Assembly: GCA_963764165.1 (NCBI GenBank)
Contig: CAVXRD010000004.1
Span: forward strand, 672,001-736,000
Length of the DNA stretch: 64,000 nt
Source: an uncultured Verrucomicrobiae bacterium
GTDB taxonomy: Bacteria; Verrucomicrobiota; Verrucomicrobiia; Limisphaerales; Palsa-1400
Reading direction: 5' to 3'
This document shows, piece after piece, positions 1 through 11,566 of this stretch. Below the pieces are notes generated by a model. It saw only the letters and a list, made by a program, of their open reading frames with translations. It was not told where the DNA came from and searched no databases. Position 1 is the stretch's first letter. Each line of letters opens with the position of its first letter. Both the position numbers and the translations under genes were made by a program.

Positions 1-3000
1 TTTGTCACAATGCGATGGAGGAACAGCGCCGTTTCGTCGAGCAAGCGCTCGGGCGATTGCACGCCTTTGATGATGATGCTCTTGGCGATTTTGTGCAGGC
101 GGGTCTCCTCCTCGGGGGACAATTCCTTGCCGGTAAAGACAACAATCGGCAATTCGCGCAAGGCAGGCTCGCTTTCAACCTTGGCCAGCAGTTCGAACCC
201 GGAAATATCCGGCAAGCGAAGGTCAAGCACGACGCAGTCAAATGAACGGTCATGCATCAAACTCCACGCTTCCTCGCCCGTGCCGACGCTGGTGATCTCA
301 ACGTCTCCATGCGCCAGCAATTCGATGATGGACGAGCGCTCGGTCGGATCGTCGTCAACCACCAGAAGCTGTTTGGTGCGCGGCTTGGTGAATTCCTGGA
401 TGCGGTTCAACGCCGCTTCAAGCCCTTCGGTCGTGACCGGTTTGTTCAAATAGGAGAACGCGCCGCGCTCCAAACCGTGCTGCCGCTCCTCTTCCATCGT
501 GATGATTTGCACGGGAATATGGCGGGTGGTCGGATCCTGCTTCAAATGGCTCAATACCGTCCAGCCGAGCATGTCCGGCAGAAAGATGTCGAGGCTGATG
601 GCGGTGGGTTTGAATTCCCGGGCCAGCGAAAGCGCCACGCTTCCGCGCATGGCCACCAATCCCTTGAATCCCTTGTCACGCGCCAATCCCAGCAGGACAC
701 GCGCATAATGCGGATCGTCTTCCACGATGAGAAGGACAGTGTCGCCATCGTGGATATTGTCGCGGTCATCCAGGACGGTCTCTGAACTCGCGGTCGGCAG
801 CACTTTCATGGTGGGCGCCTCGGCATCCGACGGGCGGGCCACGGACGGGCCGGCGTAGGTTTGCGGCAAATAGAGCGTGAATGTGCTGCCTTCGCCCAGC
901 GTGCTGGTGAGCCGGATTTCGCCCCCCAGCAAGTTCGCCAGTTCGCGGCTGATGGCCAGGCCAAGACCCGTGCCGCCGTATTTGCGGCTCGTTCCGGCGT
1001 CCGCCTGCTGGAACGCTTCGAAGATAATTTTCTGTTTTTCCGGCGGAATGCCGATCCCAGTATCCGTCACCTCAAACGCCAGCACCGATGGCGCGCGTTT
1101 CAACACGGGGTGATCCATGGACCATCCGGTCTGCGCGAGCCGGACGTTGAAGGTCACGCGGCCCTGCCCCGTGAATTTGAAGGCGTTGGACAAAAGGTTC
1201 TTGAGAATCTGGAACAGGCGCTTGGCGTCCGTGATGAGCTGGCGCGACAGATGCGGGTCGAGGCTCAAGGAGAAGCCAAGATTGCGCGTGTCGGCGACGT
1301 GGCGGAAGTTTCGCTCCACCGTATCGCGCACCGAGGCGAAGCTGACTTCTTCCGCCTCAATGGTGACCGTGCCGGACTCGATCTTGGACAAGTCAAGAAT
1401 ATCGCTGATGAGGTTGAGCAAGTCCGTTCCCGCGCTGTGGATCGTCTTGGCGTATTCAACCTGCTTGCCGCTCAAGTTGCCTTGCGGGTTATCCAGCAAT
1501 TGCTGGCCGAGAATCAGGATGCTGTTCAGCGGTGTGCGCAATTCGTGCGACATATTCGCCAGGAATTCGGACTTGTACTTCGAGGTGAGCGCGAGTTCGG
1601 ACGCCTTTTCTTCCACCGCGCGGCGGGCTTGCTCAATTTCCTGGTTCTTGCGCTCGACTTCGGCGTTTTGCTCGGCTAACTGGCGCGCTTTTTCGGCCAA
1701 TTCCTCGTTCGTGCGCTGCAGCTCGATTTGGCGGGTTTGCAATTCGCTGGCCAGCTCCTGCGATTGCTGGAGCAAGCCCTCAGTGCGCATCGTCGCCTCA
1801 ATCGTGTTCAACATGATGCCGATGCTGCCCGTCAACTGTTCAAGGAACGCCATGTGCGTTTGTGTAAAGGCGTTGAGCGAGGCAAGTTCGATGACGGCTT
1901 TGGTCTGTCCTTCGAAGAGCACGGGCAGCACGACGACGTTGGCCGGGTCGGTTTCCATCAGGCCGGATGTGATTTCGATTTGATGATCGCGGACAGAATT
2001 CAGCAGAAGCGTTTTCTTTTCAACGGCACACTGGCCGATGAGCCCTTCGCCCAGCATGACCGTTTCGCCGGTGCCGCTGCGACGGCGATGCGCGTAACCA
2101 GCCAGCAGTTTGAGGCTCGCGTCCGTCTCGCGCGATTCCATCTGGTAGATGACGCCTTGATGGGCGTTGACGAGCGGGGCCAATTCGGAGAGCAGCATGC
2201 GCCCGACCGTAATAAGGTCGCGCTGGCCCTGCAACATGCGGGTGAATTTGGCGATGTTCGTCTTGAGCCAATCCTGTTCCGTGTTGCGCTGGGTGGTGTC
2301 GCGCAAGTTGCTGATCATCGCGTTGATGTTGTCTTTGAGTTCCGCGACTTCACCGCGCGCGATGACTTGGATGGAGCGCGTCAAGTCACCCTTCGTCACC
2401 GCCGTGCCGACTTCCGCGATGGCGCGCACTTGCGTCGTCAGGTTCGCAGCCAGCAGGTTGACGTTATCCGTCAAATCTTTCCACGTTCCCGAAGCGCCGG
2501 GGACGTTGGCCTGGCCGCCAAGACGGCCTTCGACGCCGACTTCGCGGGCAACCGTGGTCACCTGTTCGGCGAAGATGGCCAGCGTGTCGGTCATGTTGTT
2601 AATCGTGTCGGCCAAGGCCGCGATTTCACCTTTCGCCTGCACCGTGAGCTTTTGGTTCAAGTTACCGTTGGCGACCGACGTCACCACTTTCACGATGCCG
2701 CGCACCTGGTCGGTCAGGTTGGCGGCCATGACGTTGACGGAGTCGGTCAAATCTTTCCAAGTTCCAGCCACACCGGGCACTTGAGCCTGGCCACCGAGTT
2801 TGCCTTCTGTTCCGACTTCGCGGGCGACGCGGGTTGCTTCGGCGGCGAAGGCGTTCAATTGATCCACCATGACGTTAATGGTGTTTTTCAATTCAAGAAT
2901 TTCGCCCTTCACGTCCGCCGTGATCTTCTTCGACAAGTCGCCCTTCGCGATGGCCGTCGCCACTTCCGCGATGTTGCGGACTTGGGCCGTCAGGTTGCCC

Positions 3001-6000
3001 GCCATGACGTTGACGGAGTCGGTAAGGTCTTTCCACGTTCCAGCGACACCAGGCACGATGGCTTGACCGCCTAATTTTCCTTCGGTGCCGACTTCGCGTG
3101 CGACGCGCGTCACCTCGGCAGCGAAGGAGCGGAGTTGGTCGACCATCGTGTTGATGGCTTCCTTCAACTGGAGAATTTCACCGCGCACGTCCACCGTAAT
3201 TTTCTTGGACAAGTCACCGTTGGCGACCGCGATGGTGACGTCGGCGATGTTGCGCACCTGGGCAGTAAGGTTGGACGCCATGGAGTTGACGTTGTCCGTC
3301 AAATCCTTCCACGTTCCAGCGACGCCGGGCACTTGCGCCTGACCGCCGAGTTTGCCTTCCGTTCCCACTTCGCGGGCCACGCGCGTCACTTCGGATGCGA
3401 AGGCGTTCAATTGGTCCACCATCGTGTTAATGGTGTTCTTCAATTCCAAAATTTCGCCTTTCACGTCCACCGTGATCTTGCGGGACAAGTCACCGCGCGC
3501 CACAGCCGTCGTGACTTCGGCGATGTTACGCACTTGCGCCGTCAGGTTGGAGGCCATGGAGTTGACGTTATCCGTCAAACCCTTCCACGTTCCAGCGACC
3601 CCGGGCACCTGCGCCTGGCCGCCGAGTTTGCCTTCCGTTCCCACTTCGCGAGCCACGCGCGTCACTTCGGACGCAAAGGCGTTCAATTGATCCACCATCG
3701 TGTTAATGGTGTTTTTGAGATCCAAAATTTCGCCTTTGACTGGCACCGTGATTTTGCGCGACAAGTCGCCGTTGGCGATCGCCGTCGCTACTTCGGCGAT
3801 GTTACGCACCTGGCCGGTCAAGTTACCAGCCATCGAATTGACGTTGTCCGTCAGATCCTTCCAAGTTCCAGCCACGCCGGACACCTGGGCCTGGCCGCCC
3901 AGCGTTCCTTCGGTGCCGACCTCGCGGGCCACACGCGTCACTTCGGACGCGAACGCGTTCAATTGATCCACCATCGTGTTAATGGTGTTTTTGAGTTCGA
4001 GAATTTCGCCTTGGACGTCGACCGTCACCTTGCGGGACAAGTCGCCGCGCGCGACAGCAGTCGCGACTTCCGCGATGTTGCGGACTTGGGCGGTGAGGTT
4101 ACCCGCCATCGAGTTGACGTTGTCGGTCAAATCCTTCCACGTTCCGGCCACACCGGGCACTTCAGCCTGACCGCCGAGCTTGCCTTCGGTGCCGACTTCG
4201 CGGGCCACGCGAGTTACTTCGGATGCGAACGAGCGGAGCTGGTCGACCATCTTGTTAATGGCTTCCTTCAATTGGAGAATTTCGCCGCGCACGTCCACCG
4301 TGATCTTCTTGGACAAGTCGCCGTTGGCCACCGCGATGGTCACGTCGGCGATGTTACGCACCTGAGCTGTAAGGTTGGAGGCCATGGAGTTGACGTTGTC
4401 AGTCAAATCTTTCCACGTTCCCGCCACACCGGGCACGATGGCTTGGCCGCCCAATTTTCCTTCCGTGCCGACTTCGCGCGCGACGCGCGTTACTTCGGCC
4501 GCGAAGGAGCGAAGTTGGTCGACCATCGTGTTAATGGCTTCCTTCAACTGGAGAATTTCGCCGCGCACGTCCACAGTGATCTTCTTCGACAAGTCGCCGT
4601 TGGCGACCGCAATGGTTACGTCTGCGATGTTGCGGACTTGGGCAGTAAGGTTCGACGCCATGGAGTTGACGTTGTCGGTCAAATCTTTCCACGTTCCAGC
4701 GACACCGGGCACGATGGCTTGGCCACCCAATTTTCCTTCGGTGCCGACTTCGCGCGCGACACGGGTGACTTCAGACGCGAATGCGTTCAATTGATCCACC
4801 ATTGTGTTAATGGTGTTCTTCAATTCCAGAATTTCGCCCTTCACGTCCACCGTGATCTTGCGCGACAAGTCACCGCTGGCCACGGCTGTCGTGACTTCGG
4901 CGATGTTACGCACTTGCGCCGTAAGATTGGAAGCCATGGAGTTGACGTTATCCGTCAAGTCCTTCCAAGTTCCAGCGACACCGGGCACTTGCGCCTGGCC
5001 GCCGAGCTTGCCTTCCGTTCCGACTTCGCGAGCGACACGCGTCACTTCCGCAGCGAAGGAGCGGAGCTGCTCCACCATTAGGTTGATCGTTTCCTTGAGC
5101 TGCAGAATTTCTCCGCGCACGTCCACCGTGATCTTTTTCGACAAGTCACCATTGGCCACCGCAATCGTCACTTCAGCAATGTTACGGACTTGGGCGGTGA
5201 GGTTGGAGGCCATGGAATTGACGTTGTCCGTCAAGTCTTTCCACGTTCCGGCGACACCGGACACTTGGGCCTGGCCGCCGAGTTTTCCTTCCGTTCCGAC
5301 TTCGCGAGCGACGCGCGTCACTTCGGAGGCGAATGCGTTCAATTGATCCACCATCGTGTTAATGGTGTTCTTCAATTCCAATATTTCGCCCTTCACGTCC
5401 ACCGTGATTTTGCGAGACAAGTCGCCGCGCGCCACAGCCGTCGTGACTTCGGCGATGTTACGCACTTGCGCCGTGAGGTTGGAGGCCATGGAGTTGACGT
5501 TGTCTGTCAAATCCTTCCACGTTCCAGCGACACCGGGCACTTGCGCTTGTCCGCCGAGTTTGCCTTCCGTTCCGACTTCGCGGGCCACGCGTGTCACTTC
5601 GGCGGCGAACGAGCGAAGCTGCTCCACCATCAGGTTGATCGTTTCCTTGAGCTGCAAAATTTCTCCGCGCACGTCCACCGTGATTTTCTTGGACAAGTCG
5701 CCGTTGGCCACGGCGATCGTCACTTCGGCGATGTTTCGCACTTGAGCGGTGAGGTTGGAGGCCATGGAATTGACGTTGTCGGTCAAGTCCTTCCACGTTC
5801 CAGCGACACCGGGCACTTGCGCTTGTCCACCGAGTTTGCCTTCGGTGCCGACTTCACGCGCCACGCGCGTCACTTCGGCGGCGAATGAACGAAGCTGCTC
5901 CACCATCGTGTTAATGGTGTTTTTGAGTTCGAGAATTTCGCCTTTGACGTCCACCGTGATCTTCTTCGACAAGTCACCCTGCGCGATGGCTGTTGCCACC

Positions 6001-7505
6001 TCCGCGATGTTACGGACTTGCGCCGTCAGGTTGCCTGCCATGATGTTGACCGAGTCGGTAAGGTCTTTCCACGCTCCGGCCACACCGGGCACGATGGCTT
6101 GACCGCCCAGTTTTCCTTCGGTGCCGACTTCGCGCGCGACGCGCGTCACTTCAGCGGCGAACGAGCGCAATTGATCGACCATCGTATTAATGGCTTCTTT
6201 GAGCTGCAGAATTTCGCCGCGCACGTCCACGGTGATTTTCTTGGACAAGTCACCGTTGGCCACGGCGATGGTTACGTCGGCGATGTTACGCACTTGCGCC
6301 GTGAGGTTCGAAGCCATCGAGTTGACGTTATCCGTCAAGTCTTTCCACGTTCCAGTCACACCGGGCACTTGGGCCTGGCCGCCGAGCTTGCCGTCCGTTC
6401 CGACTTCGCGGGCCACGCGCGTTACTTCCGACGCGAACGCGTTCAATTGATCCACCATCGTATTAACGGTGTTCTTCAGTTCCAAAATTTCACCCTTCAC
6501 GTCGACAGTGATCTTCTTGGACAAGTCGCCCTTCGCGATAGCCGTCGCAACTTCAGCGATGTTGCGGACTTGCGCGGTCAAGTTGTTGGCCATGAAGTTG
6601 ACCGAGTCGGTCAAGTCTTTCCAAGTTCCAGCCACACCGGGCACGATGGCCTGTCCGCCGAGTTTGCCGTCCGTTCCCACTTCGCGAGCCACGCGCGTCA
6701 CTTCGGAAGCGAAGGAGCGGAGTTGATCGACCATCGTGTTGATGGCTTCTTTGAGCTGCAAAATTTCGCCGCGCACGTCGACGGTGATTTTCTTGGACAA
6801 GTCGCCGTTGGCGACCGCGATGGTCACATCCGCAATGTTGCGAACCTGGGCCGTCAGGTTGGAGGCCATGGAGTTCACGGACTCGGTCAATTCCTTCCAC
6901 ACGCCGCTGGCTTTTTTCACCTGCGCCTGGCCGCCGAGCTTGCCTTCTGAACCGACTTCGCGCGCGACGCGAGTCACTTCCGAAGTAAACAAATTCAATT
7001 GCCCGATCATCGTGTTGACGATCTTGGCGCTGCGAAGGAATTCGCCCTTGAGCGGGCGGCCCTCGACTTCAAGACCCATGTCGCGGGTCAAATCGCCCTT
7101 GGCCACGGCGTCGATCGAACGCGTGATTTCGGCCACGGGATAAGCAAGGTCGGAAACGAGCGTGTTGACCGAGGATTCCATGTCCGCCCAAGCGCCGCCG
7201 CGAGCGCCGAAGTTGGCGCGCTCGCTCAATTTTCCGTCTTTGCCGACGACCCGGCCCATGCGTTCCAATTCATTCGCCATCCGCTGGTTGGTCAGCATGA
7301 TTTCGTTGAACACGTCGGAAATCTTGCCCTCGATGCCGACCATGTTGGAAGGCAGGCGGACGGAAAAATCACCGTCGCGGGCCGAAATCAAAACGGTCAG
7401 CAACTGGCCGTAGTCTAAGGCCACGATTTCCGGCGGGCGCGCCTTTCCGTTGGAGGGCTTATCGAGGTCGAGATCTTCTGTCAGGGGGGGCTTAAAGGAA
7501 CTCAT
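1..7505 (-). CDS. Giant cytoplasmic hybrid sensor histidine kinase: ~18 tandem 92-aa HAMP units, GAF, HisKA, HATPase and at least 2 REC domains (3' end lies outside the window)
   Basis: Translated by hand from ATG 7505 (MSSFKPPL...). The frame matches at position 3 (...LFLHRIVT). Repeats of [35 protein letters not shown] every 276 bp; H-box [20 protein letters not shown] at ~1580-1515; G-boxes DTGIGI and GGTGLGL; REC motifs [11 protein letters not shown] and [11 protein letters not shown]. Absent from the ORF track because there is no stop in the window. Confidence 0.95.
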   Translation of the reverse strand, partial: MSSFKPPLTEDLDLDKPSNGKARPPEIVALDYGQLLTVLISARDGDFSVRLPSNMVGIEGKISDVFNEIMLTNQRMANELERMGRVVGKDGKLSERANFGARGGAWADMESSVNTLVSDLAYPVAEITRSIDAVAKGDLTRDMGLEVEGRPLKGEFLRSAKIVNTMIGQLNLFTSEVTRVAREVGSEGKLGGQAQVKKASGVWKELTESVNSMASNLTAQVRNIADVTIAVANGDLSKKITVDVRGEILQLKEAINTMVDQLRSFASEVTRVAREVGTDGKLGGQAIVPGVAGTWKDLTDSVNFMANNLTAQVRNIAEVATAIAKGDLSKKITVDVKGEILELKNTVNTMVDQLNAFASEVTRVAREVGTDGKLGGQAQVPGVTGTWKDLTDNVNSMASNLTAQVRNIADVTIAVANGDLSKKITVDVRGEILQLKEAINTMVDQLRSFAAEVTRVAREVGTEGKLGGQAIVPGVAGAWKDLTDSVNIMAGNLTAQVRNIAEVATAIAQGDLSKKITVDVKGEILELKNTINTMVEQLRSFAAEVTRVAREVGTEGKLGGQAQVPGVAGTWKDLTDNVNSMASNLTAQVRNIAEVTIAVANGDLSKKITVDVRGEILQLKETINLMVEQLRSFAAEVTRVAREVGTEGKLGGQAQVPGVAGTWKDLTDNVNSMASNLTAQVRNIAEVTTAVARGDLSRKITVDVKGEILELKNTINTMVDQLNAFASEVTRVAREVGTEGKLGGQAQVSGVAGTWKDLTDNVNSMASNLTAQVRNIAEVTIAVANGDLSKKITVDVRGEILQLKETINLMVEQLRSFAAEVTRVAREVGTEGKLGGQAQVPGVAGTWKDLTDNVNSMASNLTAQVRNIAEVTTAVASGDLSRKITVDVKGEILELKNTINTMVDQLNAFASEVTRVAREVGTEGKLGGQAIVPGVAGTWKDLTDNVNSMASNLTAQVRNIADVTIAVANGDLSKKITVDVRGEILQLKEAINTMVDQLRSFAAEVTRVAREVGTEGKLGGQAIVPGVAGTWKDLTDNVNSMASNLTAQVRNIADVTIAVANGDLSKKITVDVRGEILQLKEAINKMVDQLRSFASEVTRVAREVGTEGKLGGQAEVPGVAGTWKDLTDNVNSMAGNLTAQVRNIAEVATAVARGDLSRKVTVDVQGEILELKNTINTMVDQLNAFASEVTRVAREVGTEGTLGGQAQVSGVAGTWKDLTDNVNSMAGNLTGQVRNIAEVATAIANGDLSRKITVPVKGEILDLKNTINTMVDQLNAFASEVTRVAREVGTEGKLGGQAQVPGVAGTWKGLTDNVNSMASNLTAQVRNIAEVTTAVARGDLSRKITVDVKGEILELKNTINTMVDQLNAFASEVTRVAREVGTEGKLGGQAQVPGVAGTWKDLTDNVNSMASNLTAQVRNIADVTIAVANGDLSKKITVDVRGEILQLKEAINTMVDQLRSFAAEVTRVAREVGTEGKLGGQAIVPGVAGTWKDLTDSVNVMAGNLTAQVRNIAEVATAIAKGDLSKKITADVKGEILELKNTINVMVDQLNAFAAEATRVAREVGTEGKLGGQAQVPGVAGTWKDLTDSVNVMAANLTDQVRGIVKVVTSVANGNLNQKLTVQAKGEIAALADTINNMTDTLAIFAEQVTTVAREVGVEGRLGGQANVPGASGTWKDLTDNVNLLAANLTTQVRAIAEVGTAVTKGDLTRSIQVIARGEVAELKDNINAMISNLRDTTQRNTEQDWLKTNIAKFTRMLQGQRDLITVGRMLLSELAPLVNAHQGVIYQMESRETDASLKLLAGYAHRRRSGTGETVMLGEGLIGQCAVEKKTLLLNSVRDHQIEITSGLMETDPANVVVLPVLFEGQTKAVIELASLNAFTQTHMAFLEQLTGSIGIMLNTIEATMRTEGLLQQSQELASELQTRQIELQRTNEELAEKARQLAEQNAEVERKNQEIEQARRAVEEKASELALTSKYKSEFLANMSHELRTPLNSILILGQQLLDNPQGNLSGKQVEYAKTIHSAGTDLLNLISDILDLSKIESGTVTIEAEEVSFASVRDTVERNFRHVADTRNLGFSLSLDPHLSRQLITDAKRLFQILKNLLSNAFKFTGQGRVTFNVRLAQTGWSMDHPVLKRAPSVLAFEVTDTGIGIPPEKQKIIFEAFQQADAGTSRKYGGTGLGLAISRELANLLGGEIRLTSTLGEGSTFTLYLPQTYAGPSVARPSDAEAPTMKVLPTASSETVLDDRDNIHDGDTVLLIVEDDPHYARVLLGLARDKGFKGLVAMRGSVALSLAREFKPTAISLDIFLPDMLGWTVLSHLKQDPTTRHIPVQIITMEEERQHGLERGAFSYLNKPVTTEGLEAALNRIQEFTKPRTKQLLVVDDDPTERSSIIELLAHGDVEITSVGTGEEAWSLMHDRSFDCVVLDLRLPDISGFELLAKVESEPALRELPIVVFTGKELSPEEETRLHKIAKSIIIKGVQSPERLLDETALFLHRIVT
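2400..7300 (-). repeat. Intragenic 276-bp tandem repeat array (poly-HAMP): 17 conserved units plus 1 degenerate unit
   Basis: The W-K-D/E-L-T codon block recurs at about 6895, 6619, 6343 ... 2755, 2479 (16 x 276 bp). A degenerate unit (AWADME) lies near 7190. Confidence 0.92.
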
Positions 7506-7517
7506 ATGGTGACTTTG

Positions 7518-8240
7518 TTAAACTGCGGAAAGGTGATTGGTGGGGGCTATCTCGCTTTGCATGCCGGGCTCGCGTTCGCTCTGAACCCATTGCACGGCGT
7601 GGTGAACCAGTTCGGTGGCGGTTTGCAGGTTGAGCTTTTCCTTGATGTGGGCGCGGTGCGATTCAATCGTCTTGACGCTCAAATGGAGCTTTTCTGCGAT
7701 GGGCCGGGTGCCATGCCCCTGGCCAATGAGCGAGAAGACTTCCAATTCGCGGTCGCTCAATTCCTCCACCGGCGAGCGGGCGACGGAACTGCGGCCATGC
7801 ACCATGCCGCTGAGCATCGTGGCGCTGAGGCGTTCGCTGACGTAAATCTCTCCGCGAATGATTTTTCGCAGCGCCGTCAGCACTTTTTCGGTCCCCTCCT
7901 GCTTCATGATGTAACCGGAAGCGCCGGCGCGAAGGGCGCGCGGGGCGTAAACCGATTCCTCATGCATGGAAAGCACCAGCATTTTGAGCTTCGGAAAACG
8001 CGCTTTGGCGTTCTTGAGCAGCTCAATGCCGCTAGCGCCGTTGAGGCTGATGTCGATCAACGCGACATCGGGCTGGAGCTTTTCCATCGCGGTCATGGCA
8101 GAGGGGGCATCTTCAGCTTCGCCAATACACGAAAGATCGACCTGTTGATCGATCAATTGGCCGACGCCTTTGCGCATGAGAGGGTGATCGTCCACGATCA
8201 GGACGCGAGTGGGGTTCTTTTTTGTGCCGTACTCGTTCAT
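7518..8240 (-). CDS. NarL/FixJ-family response regulator (REC + LuxR HTH)
   Basis: VLIVDDHPLMRKG...LIDISL...GYIMK...LSDRELEVFSLIGQG...LSVKTIESHRAHIKEKL; ends 12 bp upstream of the kinase start. Confidence 0.95.
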   Translation of the reverse strand: MNEYGTKKNPTRVLIVDDHPLMRKGVGQLIDQQVDLSCIGEAEDAPSAMTAMEKLQPDVALIDISLNGASGIELLKNAKARFPKLKMLVLSMHEESVYAPRALRAGASGYIMKQEGTEKVLTALRKIIRGEIYVSERLSATMLSGMVHGRSSVARSPVEELSDRELEVFSLIGQGHGTRPIAEKLHLSVKTIESHRAHIKEKLNLQTATELVHHAVQWVQSEREPGMQSEIAPTNHLSAV

Positions 8241-8471
8241 TTTTCTTATGTCGTCGCAGGGGGTTCCCTGAACTACGACTCATATAAAACCACAAGCGGA
8301 CAAAGGGAAAAATCGGGGGACTCACGGTTCGCTGCGCCCTGAATCCCTTAGAATTGCATCAGGGATTGGATGAGGAGTTTGGCGGGGCTGGAAAACGATT
8401 TCTCGAAACTGCCTCCCATGCTGGGAGGTATTGGCAACGCGAGGTTAGCTCAGAAGCCGCTGCCACGCTTC

Positions 8472-8519
8472 CCATTATTCCCATTCCGTCCATAAAGATG
8501 GGACTGATGGGAATAATGG
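8472..8519. repeat. Intergenic inverted repeat (13-bp perfect arms) made of ATGGGARTW-like 9-mers; possible terminator or REP-like element
   Basis: ccattattcccat (8472-8484) pairs with atgggaataatgg (8507-8519); it lies just downstream of the 8567 stop. Confidence 0.55.
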
Positions 8520-8566
8520 AACGGCTCGCCGACAGCCCCGCCCTATCTGGCGTGGATCACGGACGA

Positions 8567-9349
8567 TTACGCCGCGGCTACTGCCTCCGCGTCGGCTGGA
8601 ATTGCCTCGGGTGGCGCGGCGCCGCCTGCGATGGCGCGTTCGCTTTGAACCCATTGAATGGCCTGATGCACCAATTCGCTGGCGCTGGCGAGATGGAGCT
8701 TTTCCTTGATGTGGGCGCGGTGAGATTCAATCGTTTTGACGCTAAGGTGAAGCTTCTCAGCAATCGGGCGGGTGCCATGGCCCTGGCCGATGAGGCTGAA
8801 AACTTCCAATTCGCGATCGCTTAATTCTTCAACGGGGGAGGTCGTGACTTTCTTCCCGCCGATGGCCGTTTGCAGCATGCGGTTGCCAAGGCGTTCGCTC
8901 AAATAAACCTCGCCTTTCAAGACTTTGCGCAGGGCTGTCAACACGCTTTCGGTGCCTTCCTGCTTCATGATGTAACCGCACGCTCCAGCCCGCAGGGCGC
9001 GGTGGGCGTAAACCGATTCATCATGCATCGAGAGCACGAGCATTTTCAGTTTCGGAAAACGGGCTTTGATGTTCTTGATCAGCTCGATGCCGCTGGAGCC
9101 ATTGAGCGTGATGTCCACCAGGACGACATCAGGCAGGTTTTTCTCGATGACCGTGATGGCTTTGGGGGCGTCTTCAGCCTCGCCCACGACGGTGAGATCC
9201 TTTTCCTGCTCGATCAGCTGGCTGACGCCCTTCCGCATGAGCGGATGGTCATCCACCACAATCACGCGGGCGGCGTCCTTCTTTAAATTCACAACAGGAG
9301 TGATTTTGGCGCTGGGAGTTTCCACTGCTTTCATAGCGGTATTTTGCAT
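8567..9349 (-). CDS. NarL/FixJ-family response regulator, paralogue of 7518-8240
   Basis: Same REC and LuxR motifs; shares the identical stretch SPVEELSDRELEVFSLIGQGHGTRPIAEKLHLSVKTIESHRAHIKEKL; first ATG at 9349. Confidence 0.93.
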   Translation of the reverse strand: MQNTAMKAVETPSAKITPVVNLKKDAARVIVVDDHPLMRKGVSQLIEQEKDLTVVGEAEDAPKAITVIEKNLPDVVLVDITLNGSSGIELIKNIKARFPKLKMLVLSMHDESVYAHRALRAGACGYIMKQEGTESVLTALRKVLKGEVYLSERLGNRMLQTAIGGKKVTTSPVEELSDRELEVFSLIGQGHGTRPIAEKLHLSVKTIESHRAHIKEKLHLASASELVHQAIQWVQSERAIAGGAAPPEAIPADAEAVAAA

Positions 9350-9512
9350 AATCAAATTTCGTTTTTTTTACTCTTCGCAGCACGGGTACTATCCACGCAT
9401 CTGCATCTGCATATTTAACCTGTCACTAGCATTTCTGACAATCAGGCTGCCCCATATATGGTAGACCCCGGAATCCCCTAACATGCGGTAGGGGCATCGT
9501 CTACTATCCGCC

Positions 9513-11495
9513 TCAGGGGCTGACGATTTCAAAATAATACGCAGGCGTGCCATTGCCAATGGGGCCGTTCCATGAGGCAGTGGAATTGCTCGCCACGAGA
9601 CTGGCGAGTGATTGCCATGCAGGCGGATTAATACCGCCGCTGCCGAGCACTCGATAATTCGCGCCAGGCGTCGCGTTCCACGATAACGTGAATCCCCCGG
9701 ATTGAAGGGCAATCCCAACGGTGATCGGGCCGGAATGGACGGGGCTGATCGTGGCACTGGCGAAAATCCCCAGGCTGGCGTTGTAATAACTTCCGCTTGG
9801 ATTTGTATCCACCCGCACTCCGCGCACCATGTAATAATAGGTCCCCGGTATTGTCTCAGTGTCCGTGTACGAAGAGCCCGTCACAGGCGAACTGTTCACG
9901 CGCGTGAAGGGCCCAGCCGGATCCGTCGAGATATAGATGTTATAGCCGAGCACCGGGTCGGGGCCGGGGCTCCAATTCAAGGCCACCGCGCCCGCGCCAG
10001 CCGTGGCTGCAAGCCCCGAGGGCGGCGCGATGGGATCCTGCCGCAAGGCTGGATCGCCCATAAGAGTAATGTAAACGGCGCGCATGAACGCGTTGCTGGC
10101 GCTTTGGTAAAGCGCGCAATTGTTGGCGCTGAGCCTCGTCCCGTAACCAATCGTCTCTCCCAGTCCCATGTGATGCACGAACCAGTGCGGCTCGCCCACC
10201 ATCATGCAGGCGAGTCCCATGGTGGGGGTCGCCAGAACGGAGCGGAGCAGATCATCCTGGCCATCCCAATTGCCCATGAAGCTTCCGAATAGCATGACAA
10301 AGACACCTTTAGCATCCGATCCGACAATGTCGGTGCTTAGGACTTCGTTGTATTCGCCGTTGGTTCCCAAATAGGTGCACCCATTCAATTCGCCGCCGCC
10401 GTCGCCAAAGACCCAAAGATAATTCGTATCGCCTTCATACAGCATCGACATCCACCGCTGCGGAACCGGCGCGTCGTCCTGAATGTTCGCGGTGATAATG
10501 TTGCTGACGCCGGCGAGCGGATCGGCCGCGCCGACGAAAGGAGTAAAATTGCGATAGCCACTGGCCGCCATGCCGAGAGTGCCATCAACATCTCCGCGCC
10601 GATTTCCCATCAACGCCTGCCGTTGCACTTGTATCTGGTCGGTCCGCCACAAATGATCCTTGTTCAAGTAGTTCCGCAGCAATTCCTGCTCGCTCGGCCA
10701 AGGCTCATAGGATCCCACCCCAACCATGTTGAACATATCCACGCGCCCAACTTCCAGCGCGAGATCAGAAGGAATATAACTTGGCCCATTGGTGGGATTA
10801 TCAGGAATCTCCCAGTCGTCGTTCATCTCGCCGTAATAAGTATCGGCGGGCATCGCGCGCGTGTAATGGCCATCGTAATTCAAATATCCGGATTGCAAAA
10901 TTGGGACGTGGCCGAAAAGAAAAACCGACTGCACATTCGTTGGATCATTGTAGTAGTCGGCTTGAATGATGGAGCGGACGTATTCCGGCGCATCATTGCT
11001 GGAGACATCCTCGCGCACGACATACCAGCCGTCGCCGGTAAGGTCGGTCTGCAACTGGGCAAGCTCATCGTCAAGGCCAAAGGCGGAATTGGTCGCCACA
11101 ACAAGAATCAACGTCCCGCGATTTTCGATCAACGGGACATTGATTCCTGAGTAGATGTAACCGAAACCGGAATAACCGAGGCTGGCATCTTTCACGACCT
11201 GGTATTCATAGCCAACGCCCACTTGGACGTCAGTATCGGTGTAATTGGTTATCGAGCCATCCAACTCGATAACCGGATCCCCCCAATCTGTATCTTCCTT
11301 GGCCTTGCGATAAACTGTGTAGCTGTCGGCGCCATACATGTCCTGAATCCAGTTCAATGTGATGGCCGGCGGATTTGTTTGCAGGTCCGCCGTAAGCTGA
11401 ACCGCGTAAACCCAGGTGGAATCGGCTTTTGCCGCCAAGGCCGCCGCCAGCGATATAACACAGGCTGCCCATGCAAAACATCTTCTATTACTCAT
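9513..11495 (-). CDS. Secreted FN3 / peptidase C25 (gingipain)-fold / FN3 protein with a C-terminal sorting-like domain
   Basis: Signal peptide; FN3 motifs (LNW...YTVYRK...YTD...YEYQV; LNWSP...GYNIY...YYYMVR); C25-like motifs VFLFGHVP, ADTYYGEM, LEVGRV, LMGDPAL. Confidence 0.65.
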   Translation of the reverse strand: MSNRRCFAWAACVISLAAALAAKADSTWVYAVQLTADLQTNPPAITLNWIQDMYGADSYTVYRKAKEDTDWGDPVIELDGSITNYTDTDVQVGVGYEYQVVKDASLGYSGFGYIYSGINVPLIENRGTLILVVATNSAFGLDDELAQLQTDLTGDGWYVVREDVSSNDAPEYVRSIIQADYYNDPTNVQSVFLFGHVPILQSGYLNYDGHYTRAMPADTYYGEMNDDWEIPDNPTNGPSYIPSDLALEVGRVDMFNMVGVGSYEPWPSEQELLRNYLNKDHLWRTDQIQVQRQALMGNRRGDVDGTLGMAASGYRNFTPFVGAADPLAGVSNIITANIQDDAPVPQRWMSMLYEGDTNYLWVFGDGGGELNGCTYLGTNGEYNEVLSTDIVGSDAKGVFVMLFGSFMGNWDGQDDLLRSVLATPTMGLACMMVGEPHWFVHHMGLGETIGYGTRLSANNCALYQSASNAFMRAVYITLMGDPALRQDPIAPPSGLAATAGAGAVALNWSPGPDPVLGYNIYISTDPAGPFTRVNSSPVTGSSYTDTETIPGTYYYMVRGVRVDTNPSGSYYNASLGIFASATISPVHSGPITVGIALQSGGFTLSWNATPGANYRVLGSGGINPPAWQSLASLVASNSTASWNGPIGNGTPAYYFEIVSP

Positions 11496-11566
11496 AAGTC
11501 AGCAAGACGAACGAATACACCCTGGCGATCAGGACTGCAACCAAGCCACCCAACACTTAGATTTAA

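Noticed and set aside
2400..7300. Regular repeats considered as a CRISPR-like array
   Set aside because: The units are 276-bp coding repeats with no unique spacers, and there are no cas genes.
861..7418. Long plus-strand ORFs (e.g. 1728-3074, 3135-5081, 6018-6950) with repetitive translations
   Set aside because: They are antisense shadows of the poly-HAMP kinase, and their periodicity comes from the 276-bp repeat.
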